Shown: piece by piece, positions 1-12,338 of the stretch | Position numbering within the stretch: the stretch's first letter is position 1 | Layout: every line of letters starts with the position of its first letter | Source: Sminthopsis crassicaudata | Taxonomy: Eukaryota | Length of the DNA stretch: 64,000 nt | Reading direction: 5' to 3' | Assembly: GCF_048593235.1 (NCBI RefSeq) | Contig: NC_133617.1 | Span: 61,031,767 to 61,095,766, forward strand | Program-made: the position numbers and the translations under genes | Notes under the pieces: model-generated | The model's input: the letters and a program-made list of their open reading frames with translations, nothing else | What the model was told of the DNA's origin: nothing | Database searches by the model: none

Positions 1-620
1 CCCTTTCCACCATATGAGTGGACAATGACAAACGTGGGGGGTTGGTTCTGTGTTCTGTCAGCATCTCCTTTTTATACTTCTATATTACCACTAGAACTAG
101 TGGTAGGATTGCTGTGGCCAGATTGTGACTGGTAACAGTAGTCATGCCTTAAAACCCTACCTTGTGATTAGGACCAGTGGAAGAAGGAACCAGATCAAAG
201 TGAAAACAGAAGCAGGAGATTCTGACCACTTGGCTGGTGGCTCAAGTATAGTAGCATCTTGTGGAAAACTCACACACTGCATTCCCTTTTTGGAGAATTA
301 ATAAAGTGACACCTTAACTTCCTATACGTTTAATTAAGACAGTATATAAACTGATGTGGGCTTTATATATCTAACATAATACCCAAGTGTCACATGGTCT
401 ACATCAAATGCACTATGTAATCTATGTCTATGCACATTTAAAACTAGTTAAAAATAGCTTGTCATTAAAATAATACATTGGGAAAATAAAATTTAAAAAG
501 TGATTTAATGTTTGAAAATTTAATTGACAGAATGCTTAGTAGTAGAACAAGATGGTTATACAAAAGTCCAGGCAAACAGTCGAGAACACAGATTTCTGAA
601 TGCTGATTTCTGAATACAAT
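1..620. repeat. Tail of an upstream segmental-duplication unit
   Basis: 1-620 aligns with 12993-14003, 30553-31165 and 46600-47202 (ccctttccaccat..gtggctcaagtatagtag..ctgatttctgaa). Confidence 0.9.
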
Positions 621-899
621 GGAATGATGGGTTCCATTTGAGCAATTAAGGCAGTGTTTTAATGATCCCAGACTTCTCACTTCTTCAAAAGTTCGTAATG
701 ATAAAGCCAGTATTCTCATGGTAGTACTATGTAACTGAATCTTAAAAAAGCTTTTTCTCAGTGACTTCAATAAATCCCTGGAGCCTGTGGGAGAGTATCC
801 TGGAGTACAAAGTTTTTTTCCTTCTAGCTTTTGATAATGTAAAATCCCATGAGCAAATCACATGTAGTGTTTCTATCATTTTTAGCTCTTCAGGGAGAG

Positions 900-1085
900 G
901 TTGTTTGTAGTGAACAGAATCCCTTTGAGATAGTATTGTCTCTGCTTTCTTCCTAAGAACCATACATATAATGGGAATCTTAATTCTACTTTCTGCCTAT
1001 CTATCCCAAGTAACAAACAGTCCCCTCAGGAGGAGAACCTGAAGGGGAAACAGAAGTATCTTGCCATTCTCCTTCAACGGTAAGT
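900..1085 (+). promoter_or_regulatory. Candidate OR promoter / first non-coding exon ending at a GTAAGT donor
   Basis: Donor acg|GTAAGT at 1080, conserved at 14461 and 32123. TAAT-core sites and a tcccc-cagg..cctg-gggga inverted motif lie upstream. Inference only. Confidence 0.4.
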
Positions 1086-2783
1086 CTGGGCTACTGGACA
1101 GGTCAGGCACAAATGGAGGGAATTAGACCAGTTATTCCTGAAGATAATAAAGTTTATGAAAATCTTAATAGCTCTTTAGGAAAGACCTGGTAACTAAATC
1201 ACAAAGAACAAAAGCATCAATGAGCTATTGGACCTGCACTCTCCTAGAGGTGAGGGCCCAAGCTCTGGCCAGACAAATATCCAGACAAGATCTCCTCTTA
1301 ACTTTCCAAGGATATCCCTGAGGTTGAGAAGATGCTTCCTTGGCATAGCCTTGACTCACTCAGTTCAAGGTAAAAAGAAGTCCATAGTTATTTGGGATGT
1401 AGATCTGAACAAGACCATATAGTTCATCTAGCCCAAACCCATTATAAATTGCAGACCAAAGGGAGGAAGTGACTTGTCCAAGATCGTGCAACTAGTGAGT
1501 GTAGACCTGGGCTTTGAATCCACATTCTAGAACATAACAGGTCAACCCAAAGTAAAACAACAGAACAGAAAACAAGCAAAAAGAAAAGCTGTTCAGGCCT
1601 TGGTCTACACGATGGCCATGAAATGGTATTGTTCCAGAGATACCAATATCCACTCTTTCCCAGGTCTTCATTTTTTCTTGACCTCCAAGGGTTTTGGCTG
1701 GCTGTCCTCCATCCATGGAATGCTCTATAAGCTCATCCCTATGACTTAGCTTCCCTGGCCACTTTCAAGTCTCAGCTTAGTGTTTTACCTTTGCAAAAGG
1801 CCTTTCCCTGTCCTTCTTAATCTCAGTGCCTTCAACTTGTCCCTCAGCAACTTGTCTCACCTACATCTCATTCATATATAGTTGTTTTCATGTGGTCTCT
1901 CCCATTAGACCTTGAACTCCCTTTGGTCAGAGACTCCCACCCTCTACGATTATCCTCTATCCCCAACAATCTTTTTATGCTCTAAGGGTTTAGCACAGTG
2001 CCTGGCACATTGTAGGTGCTTGATAAATGATAGCTAACTATTTCTGAGACAGAACGCGGGATTTGGTACTCCAAGCTTAAGTTCTAAGCCTTTCCATTGA
2101 CTGTCACCTAACTGTCTAGAGACCTCAGTTTTCTCATCTGCACCAGTAGGACAATAATAATTGTACCATCTGCTTAAAGAGATGGTGTGAATTTCAAGTG
2201 AAATACTCAAAGTGCTTTGTAAATCTTAAAATGCTATAAAAATACAAACCGTTATTAGTAATTTAAACTTGGAAGGCTGGTTAATACCTTTCCCCACTTT
2301 TTCCTTTTAGGGAGCAATAGTTTTCAGTCAATCCTAGACACTCCTCCTTTTGCCCCTTACAGCCAAGAAGACCTAAATTCAAGTTCCATTCACCTCTGAT
2401 ACATACTGACTGTGTGACTATAGACAAGTCATTTCAGCACTCTAGGAATACTTTAAGACTAATTTTAAGAGCAAGTATTTTGGTAAAATTCTTCACCAGG
2501 ACCAAGAAATTCTTAAGTCTAGGTCATATTTCTATCCCTATGGTTTCAAAAACAGCATTAGACCCCACTTGTCCTATAATTTGTGTCTAAAAGAGTCTGA
2601 GTTCAAATACTTTTTAACCTCTAAGTAATAAAAATAGTTGATGCCCCAGTCCTATCCACAACACTTTCATCCTCAGCCCCACACTGAGAATCTACATTAA
2701 TAAACAATGACCCTTTTCATTTTTTTGTAGTCGCTGTTGCTTAGCATCCCCACAAGAATACTAGTCTCCCCTCCCCTCATCAG

Positions 2784-2841
2784 ATTTTTGAAGGCAATAA
2801 AGATTCTCAACATCAAGAAAGAGAAATTGAGACATAGACAG
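2784..2841 (+). other. Candidate 58-nt non-coding 5' UTR exon of OR copy 1
   Basis: Pyrimidine tract + AG at 2782-2783 and cag|GTAAGT donor at 2842. A same-length exon with AG/GT occurs at 16737-16794 and 33850-33907. No ATG inside. Confidence 0.45.
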
Positions 2842-3380
2842 GTAAGTGTCTGGCGCCCAGCACCCAAAATTTCTAAGATGGAGTTTCCTGTTGCTGAAGT
2901 CAAAGTACGTGTGGCTATCTCTAAAAGGAATGGCACTGACCATTTCCTACCCTCCCATATCCAGCAGCTGGAGTGGGCAGCTTTTGCCTCTGGGCCATCA
3001 AACATCAGGGATTTCCTCTCATTTCTAGTCCTTTTTACTTTACACTTTGTCTCTACTGGGGAAGTGGGGAGACCTGGTTTTGAATACTAGCTTGGGCAAG
3101 TCATTTCATGGCTCCGAGTCTTGTTTCTTCCCCTGTAAAGCCAGAGTAGAAATTCATTTTGCTTCTGTGATCATTTTTCTGAGTTCTCTTCCATTTCATT
3201 CTTTTTTTTCTTTAAGTAGAGTCCAGGTGTGGAGTCACCATGCTTTTGTACAGAGGGAGAAAGATAATTTTTGTTTTCTTCCTGATAGCCTTTTGGATAT
3301 CTATCATTTGGGGGGTACTTTTAATTTACAGGAGCTATTGGGCTGGTGGGAATGAAGGCTACACTGAGTTTATCTTTGTA

Positions 3381-3630
3381 TTTGTTGTTCAGTTGTTTTT
3401 CAGTCATGCTTGACTCTTTGTGACCCTATTTGGGTTTTTCTTGGTAAGGGTACCGGAGTGGTTTGCCATTTTTTTTCTGTCTCTTATAGAAGAGGAAATT
3501 GAGGCATACAGGATAAAGTGACTTGCCCAGAGTCTCACAGCTAGGTATCTGAGGCCAGATTTGAATTCTGGAAGATAAGACTTCTGACTTTGGGGACTGG
3601 CACTCTATCTGCTTCGCCACATAGCTGCCC
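3381..3630 (-). mobile_element. MIR/MAR1-type CORE-SINE shared by all units
   Basis: tgttgttcagt..tgacttgcccagagtcacacagct..gctgccc; paralogous copies at ~17331-17578 and ~34410-34652. Confidence 0.8.
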
Positions 3631-5798
3631 TCTCAATATCACAACTGATACCTAGAAGCCTATCATACTATAGTTAGTATATATTATTTTCCCTACTGGC
3701 CTTTCTTCCCTTTGTACTGGGTAAATCTTTGCTATAAATTTTCAACGTAGTACTATGAGATCTTCTGTAGCTTATACCTGCAGGTACAACTTTTAATTTA
3801 AAAAGGGAGCTCAACTTTTATTTGAAAAGCTGGAAATTTCCTACAACAGAGTAAAATTTTTATTGAAAAAGGGAGCTTAGTATTTATTTTAAAAATTAGA
3901 AAATTTCTACTTCTTCCAGATCTATTAAAAATACAATATTGAATGAAAAAGATCTAACATCAATCTATAGACAACCAGACTTATAGTATGATTTAAAGTG
4001 GATATCTATCTTCCCTCACTGTTATATAATAACTTCTCAATCCCTTGTAATATGGATTCTGCCCCAACAATTTTGAGGAAACCATTCTTTCTAAAGTTAC
4101 TGAGGATCTTCTAATGGCCAAATCTGATGGCAGCTCTTGGTTTTCATCCTTCTTTACTCCTCTGCAATTTTTGATCCAGTTGGCCACCCAATCTCCCTGA
4201 CTAATCTCTTTTCCCCTTGGTATCTATGACATCATCCCATTGTTCACCTACCTGTCTAACTGCTCCCTTTTTGTCTCTTCTTGATGCTGGGTAATCATCC
4301 ATCTCCCTTTCTCTTAGCTATTAGAGGCATAGAGAGAGCCCTGAACTCAAGTCCTGCTTTAGACACTGATCATGAGAAAGCACAAAACCTCTTTCAGTCT
4401 CACTTTGTGGCATATCTGCAAAAGTACTTTTCTCCCAGAGCTGTTATGAGCACCAAATTAAATAATACATGTAAAGTACTTTGCAAACCTTAAAGCCTAT
4501 TGGGAGTTATTTTCTTTCTTTCTTTTTTTTGGGGGGGGGAACTTTGTGTTTGGGCTTTTCTTCCATAATCTCTTGGAAATTTATCAACACCTCTGGTTTC
4601 AAATATCTCTTCTGTGCAGAGGATTTCCATATGTGTCACTCTCCTCCTAACTTTCCCTTTTCTATTGTCTCAATCCTTTCTCTTGCCCACACTGCCATAT
4701 TAACCTCAAATGGATCTCTTTCCTTTTAGTTTCTCTTTCACTTCCATACTTTATGTATGCCAAAGGCACAATTCTGATCATATCCACCCCTTTCAAGAGT
4801 CTCCAAAAGCTTCCCATTGCCTAGACATAATACAAAGCAGGGAAATCCTGGCACTTAAGGTCTCCTATAACCTTCAGGGTCCCATCTATCTTTCCAACAT
4901 TTTTATGCTTCACAAATTCAACATTCCAGCCAAATCAGATGATGTGAATTCCCTCAATTTCAACACTTCATCTCTTGTCTCCATGTATCAACAAAAACTG
5001 TTTCTTAGCTTGCAATGCCCTCCCTCCTCACTCTGGCTTCTTAGAATCCATGTCTTCCTTCAAAGTTTAACTCAACAATTGCTTTCCTGATCTTACTACT
5101 AATACTGTTACCTCTCTCTATTTTTCTTTTATGATACTTTCTTATATGAAACAGCCCTCTGAGGAAAGCCACCTAAGAAAACAGACTGCATTGCTCTGTT
5201 AGGAAAGGCTTTCCCTATTTCTTAGCTCAATGGCTACAGCATTTCCAGAACAAAATTCCAAATAAGAATGTTCATTCCCAGGTTTAAGTTTCTTTGAAGG
5301 GCTGCTATTCACTAGTTCAAGTTCATAGTTCAAGTCCCCTACCTCCCCAACCTTGGTAACCACTGCTGGGGTAACAGAATGGGTATCAGGAGCATCAACA
5401 TCCTGAAGGCAGTTTGGAGAAGACAAAAGTCTACTAAGCAGGGGATGTGCAGCTGGTTGTGTCTTCCTTCCCATTTTTCTTCATTCTTAGGTTCATGCCC
5501 CACATCTGGGCTGCTTAGGGAACGTGGAAGGGAAGAATTGTGAGTGGGAAACATGGCGTGTCAGTAGGAGAGGGCAAAATGGGATCCTAAGGTGTTAAAA
5601 TTTTCTGCAGCTTGAGTAATTTCTTTCACATACTTTCATAGTGATGGCAGGCTGAATGACCCCAAGTGGCTGCAAAGGCAATAAGGGAGCTGTTGGAACC
5701 ACTTTCCAGGTAATTTTGGTCACATGTAAATGCATTCACACAAGGACAGAAAATTGTTGCTTATGGATTGAGCCTGGCCACAGAATCCTGCTGCTGTA

Positions 5799-5858
5799 GT
5801 TGAGCACTTATAAGCCAGGTGTGCAAGAAAGACAAGACAACAGTAAACTGAGGTAAGA
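5799..5858 (+). other. Candidate last non-coding OR 5' exon / splice donor
   Basis: ctgtag acceptor then actgag|GTAAGA donor at 5853; donor conserved at 24622 and 41449. Confidence 0.4.
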
Positions 5859-6414
5859 CTGTGGTGCGCCACAAAGAAGCAAGCATGCTTTCAATGTTCT
5901 TGGTGGATGGTGGATATATTCCCTGCTTTAGCTTTTTGTCATCTTTGCTAATGTGTTATCTTTGGGAAAATATCCAGAAAAATGATCAGCCAATCTAAGT
6001 AACTCTTCCTTCCCTCTGATGTTGCAGGCATTAAGCTGTGCTTGTACTTGGCACCCATGTCAGAGCCCAGGATTTCATTTTTGATGACTATAATTCAGAA
6101 CCAGGAGCAGATTATATTTGATCAGTCACTTTGAAGTTCTCCCTTCCTATCCCTTTCAGGAAAACATCCTGCAATACTTCAAGGCCTTGTGAGCTCTTTT
6201 TCTTCTTTCTCACAAGGGATATTCTCAAACTCAGACCAAGGTTTTTCATCAACTTTGAATCTGGCTCACTGAATCAGTCTAGCAGTGTCAACATCAATAG
6301 AAATGGTACCACAACATCACGTAAAAAAGTCCTTGTAGGATGCTTACTAACTTAGAAAATCTTGCATCAACATTATTGATGTTCTCCTGTGTTTTAATTT
6401 GTTTTATTAAATAT

Positions 6415-6418
<4 letters not shown>

Positions 6419-6447
<29 letters not shown>

Positions 6448-6581
6448 TCCTGAGGCTGGGGTTAAATGACTTGCCCAGGGTCACACAGCTAGGAAGTGTT
6501 AAGTGTCTGAGATCAGATTTGAACTAGGTTTCTCCTGAATTCAGGGCTGGTGCTCTATCCATTGCGCCACCTAGCTGCCCC
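6419..6581 (-). mobile_element. Short CORE-SINE (WSINE1-like), private to unit 1
   Basis: Poly-T + ctgaggctggggttaa..ctagctgcccc; 14-bp TSD tattaaatattttt (6405-6418 / 6582-6595); empty site in unit 2 at ~25165. Confidence 0.9.
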
Positions 6582-7144
6582 TATTAAATATTTTTAAATT
6601 TCATTTTCATCTGGTTGGGATGCATTCAGGAGTGCAATGGTCAGTGAATGTGACACCACTAATTTAGAGTGAGAAGCTTGAATTGTTTGAGTACTTGAGT
6701 TAAAATTCCATTTCAGCCATTCACATGTGTGATGTTAGGCATGCTACTTCCCTTTTCAGGACCTCATTTTCCTCAGTCTTAAAATAGAGGGGTTTTAATT
6801 ATAACCTCTAAGTTCCCTTAAAGTTCTAGATTTAAGGTCTTTTTCTAAGGAGTCTAATCCAACTAATTTATTTTAAAGATGAGGAAACTGAGACCCTTAT
6901 CCATGGTTACACATGGAATGAGGAAGAGAGCTTCTTATTCCAATCCCAGATACTTAGGAGTATCTAACCCCAGATATTTTGTCCATCAAACAAGTCTCAG
7001 GATTTTTGTGATCTTTCTTATTCTCCAAATTGGTCTTTTTGAAGTCAAGGTCAGCTTCTGCTCATCTAAAGTCTCTCTGAAGAATTACTACTGCCTAGAG
7101 TACAGACCACCCATTTCTCTGGCCATATTTATCGTGTGCTCTCT

Positions 7145-7788
7145 NNNNNNNNNNNNNNNNNNNNNNNNNNNNNNNNNNNNNNNNNNNNNNNNNNNNNNNN
7201 NNNNNNNNNNNNNNNNNNNNNNNNNNNNNNNNNNNNNNNNNNNNNNNNNNNNNNNNNNNNNNNNNNNNNNNNNNNNNNNNNNNNNNNNNNNNNNNNNNNN
7301 NNNNNNNNNNNNNNNNNNNNNNNNNNNNNNNNNNNNNNNNNNNNNNNNNNNNNNNNNNNNNNNNNNNNNNNNNNNNNNNNNNNNNNNNNNNNNNNNNNNN
7401 NNNNNNNNNNNNNNNNNNNNNNNNNNNNNNNNNNNNNNNNNNNNNNNNNNNNNNNNNNNNNNNNNNNNNNNNNNNNNNNNNNNNNNNNNNNNNNNNNNNN
7501 NNNNNNNNNNNNNNNNNNNNNNNNNNNNNNNNNNNNNNNNNNNNNNNNNNNNNNNNNNNNNNNNNNNNNNNNNNNNNNNNNNNNNNNNNNNNNNNNNNNN
7601 NNNNNNNNNNNNNNNNNNNNNNNNNNNNNNNNNNNNNNNNNNNNNNNNNNNNNNNNNNNNNNNNNNNNNNNNNNNNNNNNNNNNNNNNNNNNNNNNNNNN
7701 NNNNNNNNNNNNNNNNNNNNNNNNNNNNNNNNNNNNNNNNNNNNNNNNNNNNNNNNNNNNNNNNNNNNNNNNNNNNNNNNNNNNNNNN
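7145..7788. other. Assembly gap (644 N)
   Basis: Run of N. Confidence 1.
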
Positions 7789-7953
7789 TTCCCCCAACTC
7801 AAGGATGATGAGTAGACAAGGTATTTGGCAAGAGAAGAGTAAGACTGAGATAGTCAAAATGAATACACCAAGCTCCATGGAGCAAACTTCTTTTCTAGGT
7901 ATGGTGATAATTAAAATCTCCTTTCCTGTTTTATCCCCTTGTAGGCTCCTGGA

Positions 7954-8901
7954 ATGAAGTTGGAAAATGAGACATGGATAGTGAAAGAATTTGTGCTTGT
8001 GGGGTTTTCCAATCTTCCAGATCTGAAGGCTACTCTCTTCACTCTCTTTCTGCTCATGTACTTGATCACACTCAGTGGCAACATCACTATCATTACCATC
8101 ATCTACCTGGATCACACCCTCCACACTCCGATGTATTACTTCTTAGGGGTCCTCTCCCTCTCAGAGACTTGCTACACTCTGGTCACCATTCCCAACATGC
8201 TGGTCCACCTGTTGATAGAGAACCATGTCATCTCCATTCCTAGTTGTAGGACCCAGATGTTCTTTTTTCTTGGCCTGGGCTGCAGTAATTGTTTCCTCCT
8301 CACCTTGATGGGCTATGACCGGTATGTGGCCATCTGCCACCCACTCCGTTATGCAGTGATCATGAGGCCATCTGTTTGTCTCTATCTTGGAAGCCTGGTC
8401 TTCTGCTCTGGATTTCTGGTGGCTGTCACTGAGACTTGTCTGATATTTGCCTCCTCCTTCTGCCACAGCAACCGAGTGGAACACTTCTTCTGTGACATTG
8501 CCCCTGTTCTCAAACTTAGTTGTACTCAGAGTGCAGCCAAGGCCTTGACTATCTTCTTCTTCAGTGTGATCGTGGTGCTGGCCTCCTTTCTCCTCATTCT
8601 GCTCTCATATGCCTTCATTGTGGCTGCCATTATGAGGATCCCTTCTGCTGCTGGAAGGCGCAAAGCCTTCTCCACTTGTGTGTCCCATCTCACAGTGGTC
8701 ATTGTGCACTTTGGATGTGCCTCAATAATTTATCTGAGACCAGAGTCAGAGAGCAACCCAGATCAGGACCGAATGGTGGCTGTGTTCTACACAGTGGTTA
8801 CCCCATTGCTCAACCCTGTGGTGTACACCCTACGTAATAAGGAGGTTAGAGTAGCACTAAAGAGGACCTTGGGTCGCAAACTGAGGACCCAGAATGACTA
8901 A
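7954..8901 (+). CDS. Olfactory receptor, class II family-10 type, copy 1 (315 aa, intact)
   Basis: Intronless ORF with OR motifs N5 glycosylation (NET), LHTPMY, MGYDRYVAICHPLRY, HFFCD, KAFSTCVSHL, PLLNPVVYTLRNKEV; splice acceptor ccttgtag 9 nt before the ATG. Confidence 0.98.
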   Translation: MKLENETWIVKEFVLVGFSNLPDLKATLFTLFLLMYLITLSGNITIITIIYLDHTLHTPMYYFLGVLSLSETCYTLVTIPNMLVHLLIENHVISIPSCRTQMFFFLGLGCSNCFLLTLMGYDRYVAICHPLRYAVIMRPSVCLYLGSLVFCSGFLVAVTETCLIFASSFCHSNRVEHFFCDIAPVLKLSCTQSAAKALTIFFFSVIVVLASFLLILLSYAFIVAAIMRIPSAAGRRKAFSTCVSHLTVVIVHFGCASIIYLRPESESNPDQDRMVAVFYTVVTPLLNPVVYTLRNKEVRVALKRTLGRKLRTQND

Positions 8902-9663
8902 TTACTAGGATGAAGCAAGAAAAAGCAATACTCCAATTTCAAAAGGGACTCATGTGCCCAAATTCAGCTGGGTGGACAGCTTTAATTGTCCCAGGGTTCC
9001 AAAGTCGAATCTCAGTCAACTGAACTGGAGACCACTCTAAGACCACAACTTAATTAGAGACCAGATATCTCAATTGCCTATCTTTAAATCCCCTCCCCAT
9101 AATTCTAGAAAGTCCACCTCAGCAGATCATGCAGTTGTGTAGTTGACTGCTGCATCCAAATTAATTAGCTCTGAAAATGGCTTTGTTGAAGGAGCATGAA
9201 TGTCCTCAATGTCCTATAGCCTTCTCTACTTTCTTGCCATCCTTTCATTGGCTGGGCATATGAACCACTAAGGGATCCAGGATGACTGTGCTTCATGCCA
9301 AGCAGCTCAGAAAATCTTTGCAAGGAAGAGAAGCAACTCTTTACCAACTTCAATTCAATGGGTGTGAAGACAGGTACAATGGAGATTAATTTCATCTCTT
9401 CCCCCTCTTCACCACCAGAACCAAGAAAGAAGAAGAAACTGGAAATTTTTAATTAATTGTTTTTAAAATGGTATAGTATTTTGAAAAAGATTGTAAATGT
9501 TTCCAATCATCTTTAGAACTCCTTTGAAAGGTGAAAGATGTAGTAAGTAAAATTCAAATAACAGAGAAAAAGAGAAGCATAACAATATAACAGAGAAAAT
9601 AACAAACAGATACAGCTTGTCCAAGAAGATGATAGCTTATTAATAGTGATCTATGAAGCTGTT

Positions 9664-9669
9664 AATAAA
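9664..9669 (+). terminator. Candidate polyadenylation signal of OR copy 1
   Basis: First AATAAA I found after the stop; paralogous signal at 28319-28324. Confidence 0.4.
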
Positions 9670-10111
9670 AGCAGTCATACTGCCCCTTTCAGTTAGGTCA
9701 GTGACCATGAAAAGATGGGGGAAACCCATTTTATTGAGCTATAAAAAGGGAGGATGTTTGGATGGTTGGAGAATGTGAAGATTAGCTTCCCAGGAAAAGG
9801 TGGCTTGCTTTTCAGATGTGGAAGATGGTCGCACCATGAAACAATTAAAGAACATTAATTGTTTTATGGGCTTTAACTATTTCTAGTAATCTTGGCTAGA
9901 AATTACAACCACCCCAGTCAGAATGGCAGGATTAGCCATTCCTTTGGGAAAACCAAATCACTCCTCTTTTTACAAGGAGAAACAACTCCTTCCCTTGGAG
10001 AGGGATTCAACGAAAAACTATTTTTTGGTATGCAAAACAGGTGTCCCATGGGCTAAGTGAAAGGGGATGACAATGTCATTTGACCATGTTTTACTGAGAG
10101 AGACCACATTT

Positions 10112-11126
10112 TTTTCCTTACAGCTTTTTATTTACAAGATATATATATGCATGGGTAATTTTTCAGCATGACAATTGCAAAACCTTTTGTTCCAATTTTC
10201 CCCTTCTTTCCAATTATTCTAATTGTTCCAATTTCCCCCCAGATGGCAGGTAGACCATTACATGTTAAATATGTTAAAGCATATGTTAAATATAATATAT
10301 GTATACATGTCCATACAGTCATTTTGCTGCACAAAAAGAATCAGACTTTGAAATAGTGTACAATTAACCTGTGAAGGAAATAAAAAATACAGGTGGACAA
10401 AAATAGAGGGATTGGGAATTCTATGTAGTGGTTCATAATCATCTCCCAGAGTTCTTTCGCTGAGTGTAGCTGGTTCAAATCATTACTGCTCTATTGGAAC
10501 TGATTTGGTTCATCTCATTGTTGAAGAGGGCCACATCCATCAGAATTGATCATCATATAGTGTTGTTGTTGAAGTATACAACGATCTCCTGGTCCTGCTT
10601 ATTTCACTCAGCATCAGATCATATAAGTCTCTCCAGGCCTTTCTGAAATCATCCTGTTGGTCATTTCTTTCATACATCACAATTTATTCAGCTATTCTCC
10701 AATTGATAGGCATCCATTTAATTTCCAGTTTCTGGCCACTACAGAGAGGGCTGCCAGAAATATTCTTGCACATACATGTCCTTTTCCCTTCTTTAAGATC
10801 TCTTTGAGATATAAGCCCAATAATAACACTGCTGGATCAAAGGATATGTACAGTTCGATAACTTTTTGAGCCTAGTTCCTAATCATTCTCCAGAATGGCT
10901 GGATGTTTTCACCATTCCACCAATAATGTATCAGTGTCCCAGTTTTCCCACATCCCCTCCAACATTCTGCATTATCTTTCCCTGTCATTCTTGCTAATCT
11001 GACAGGCATGTAGTGGTATCTCTGAGTTGTTTTAATTTGCATTTTGCAATTTTCTCTGATTAATAATGACTTGGAGCATATTTTCATATGGCTAGAAATA
11101 GTTTCAATTTCTTCATCTGAGAATTG
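10112..11126 (-). mobile_element. 5'-truncated LINE-1 (ORF2 C-terminus + 3' UTR), private to unit 1
   Basis: Poly-T end; ORF2 remnant (YHYMPVRLA..ECWRGCGKTGTLIHYWW); TSD gagagacca(c/a)attt at 10098-10111 / 11127-11140; empty site at ~28740. Confidence 0.93.
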
Positions 11127-12289
11127 GAGAGACCAAATTTTTGAGCTTAACTGAGAAATGGAGTTTGACAAAATGAAGAATAAGGGTTGATTACAGAATA
11201 AAATCAATTATAAAATGATAACAGCATAATTTTAGTTTTTTCTGGTGTGTTATAACACAGAAAAATCTCTGTAGTTTCAGTTAAAAGAAGCATAGTAGAA
11301 TCAGTTATCTTCCTTTAAGAGTAATTTCCTCCAAGACAGTTCAAATCCTAGCCTGCTTTCTTGATTGTTCCTCACACCCTCCCTACTCTTACCTGTTAGT
11401 GCCTTGTTTTTTGCCTTTTCTTTGTATCCCCAGTGCTTAGCACAATGCTTGGCCCCTAGATGCTTAAGAAATATCAATTGATTGACTGCTTCTGAGGAAG
11501 AAGTAACCTTCTGGCATAAGGAACAAGCTAGAAATAGAGAAGAATCTCATAACTTCATGTTCAATGGAGCTGTAGCTGGCAGTGATGGCACCAGGGATCC
11601 ATATACAGCAGAGTTCAAAACTGGCAGGGCTGTGCATCTCACAGAGACTTCATGCCACAAAGTGCCAGTGGTTGCAGGAGCAGCAGGCAGAGTGTGTAGA
11701 CGAGTTTTGAGTTGCCTCTCAGTGTGTGCTTTAGCCACATGTGTTTTCTATGAGTATGCTTTTTGATGCACATGTTTCCTTCATGTGTGACACTTCTCTC
11801 CATGAGTTTCCTATATAAATCTATTCTTTCCATGCATAGTATTTGTAGAATATAAACTCTTTGAAGGTAGGGGCTATCTTATTGTTATCACTGCATCCAT
11901 ATTCCCTAGCACATAGTATGCACTCAGTTAATGTTTGTTGATGCAATAGAATTGAAGATCAAATTGAATTGTCTATTTATGAGTTTGCCACAAATTGTTG
12001 AGAGAGAAATGTTTCTTGTTTCTTTACTTATTATGTTATTTTATTAAATACCTTTGGGTTTAAATTAATCCTTTCCTTTGGTTAATTTACAAAAGATAAA
12101 AACATTAGTAGGGGCTCCCTCACTTGTGTCATAATTTTAGTTAGATACAATCAATCAAACAATTAAAATTTATTAAATACCTATTATGTGCCAAGAACTG
12201 TGCTAAGTGCTAGAGATTTTTTTTAAAAATAGCAAAAGAGTCTCTTATCTCAAGAGTTTAGAATTTAAAGTGCAAAACAATATGTAAAC

Positions 12290-12338
12290 ATATATATGTG
12301 TATATATATATATGTGTATACATATATATATATATATA
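12290..12338. repeat. (TA)n/(TG) microsatellite
   Basis: Direct reading. Confidence 0.9.

Noticed and set aside
2737-3090. ORF recurring in the units (16678-16974, 33853-34038)
   Set aside because: Start, frame and stop differ between copies; no recognisable domain.
5199-5474. Minus-strand ORF MGRKTQPAAHPLL.. also at 40742-41062
   Set aside because: Start lost and frame disrupted in unit 2, indel between units 1 and 3, no recognisable homology.
6879-8124. Long ORFs of 235-331 aa around 7-8 kb
   Set aside because: Artefacts of translating through the N gap.
7974-8837. Alternative-frame and antisense ORFs over the OR genes (also at copies 2 and 3)
   Set aside because: Shadows of the OR coding sequence; repeated only because the ORs are paralogous.
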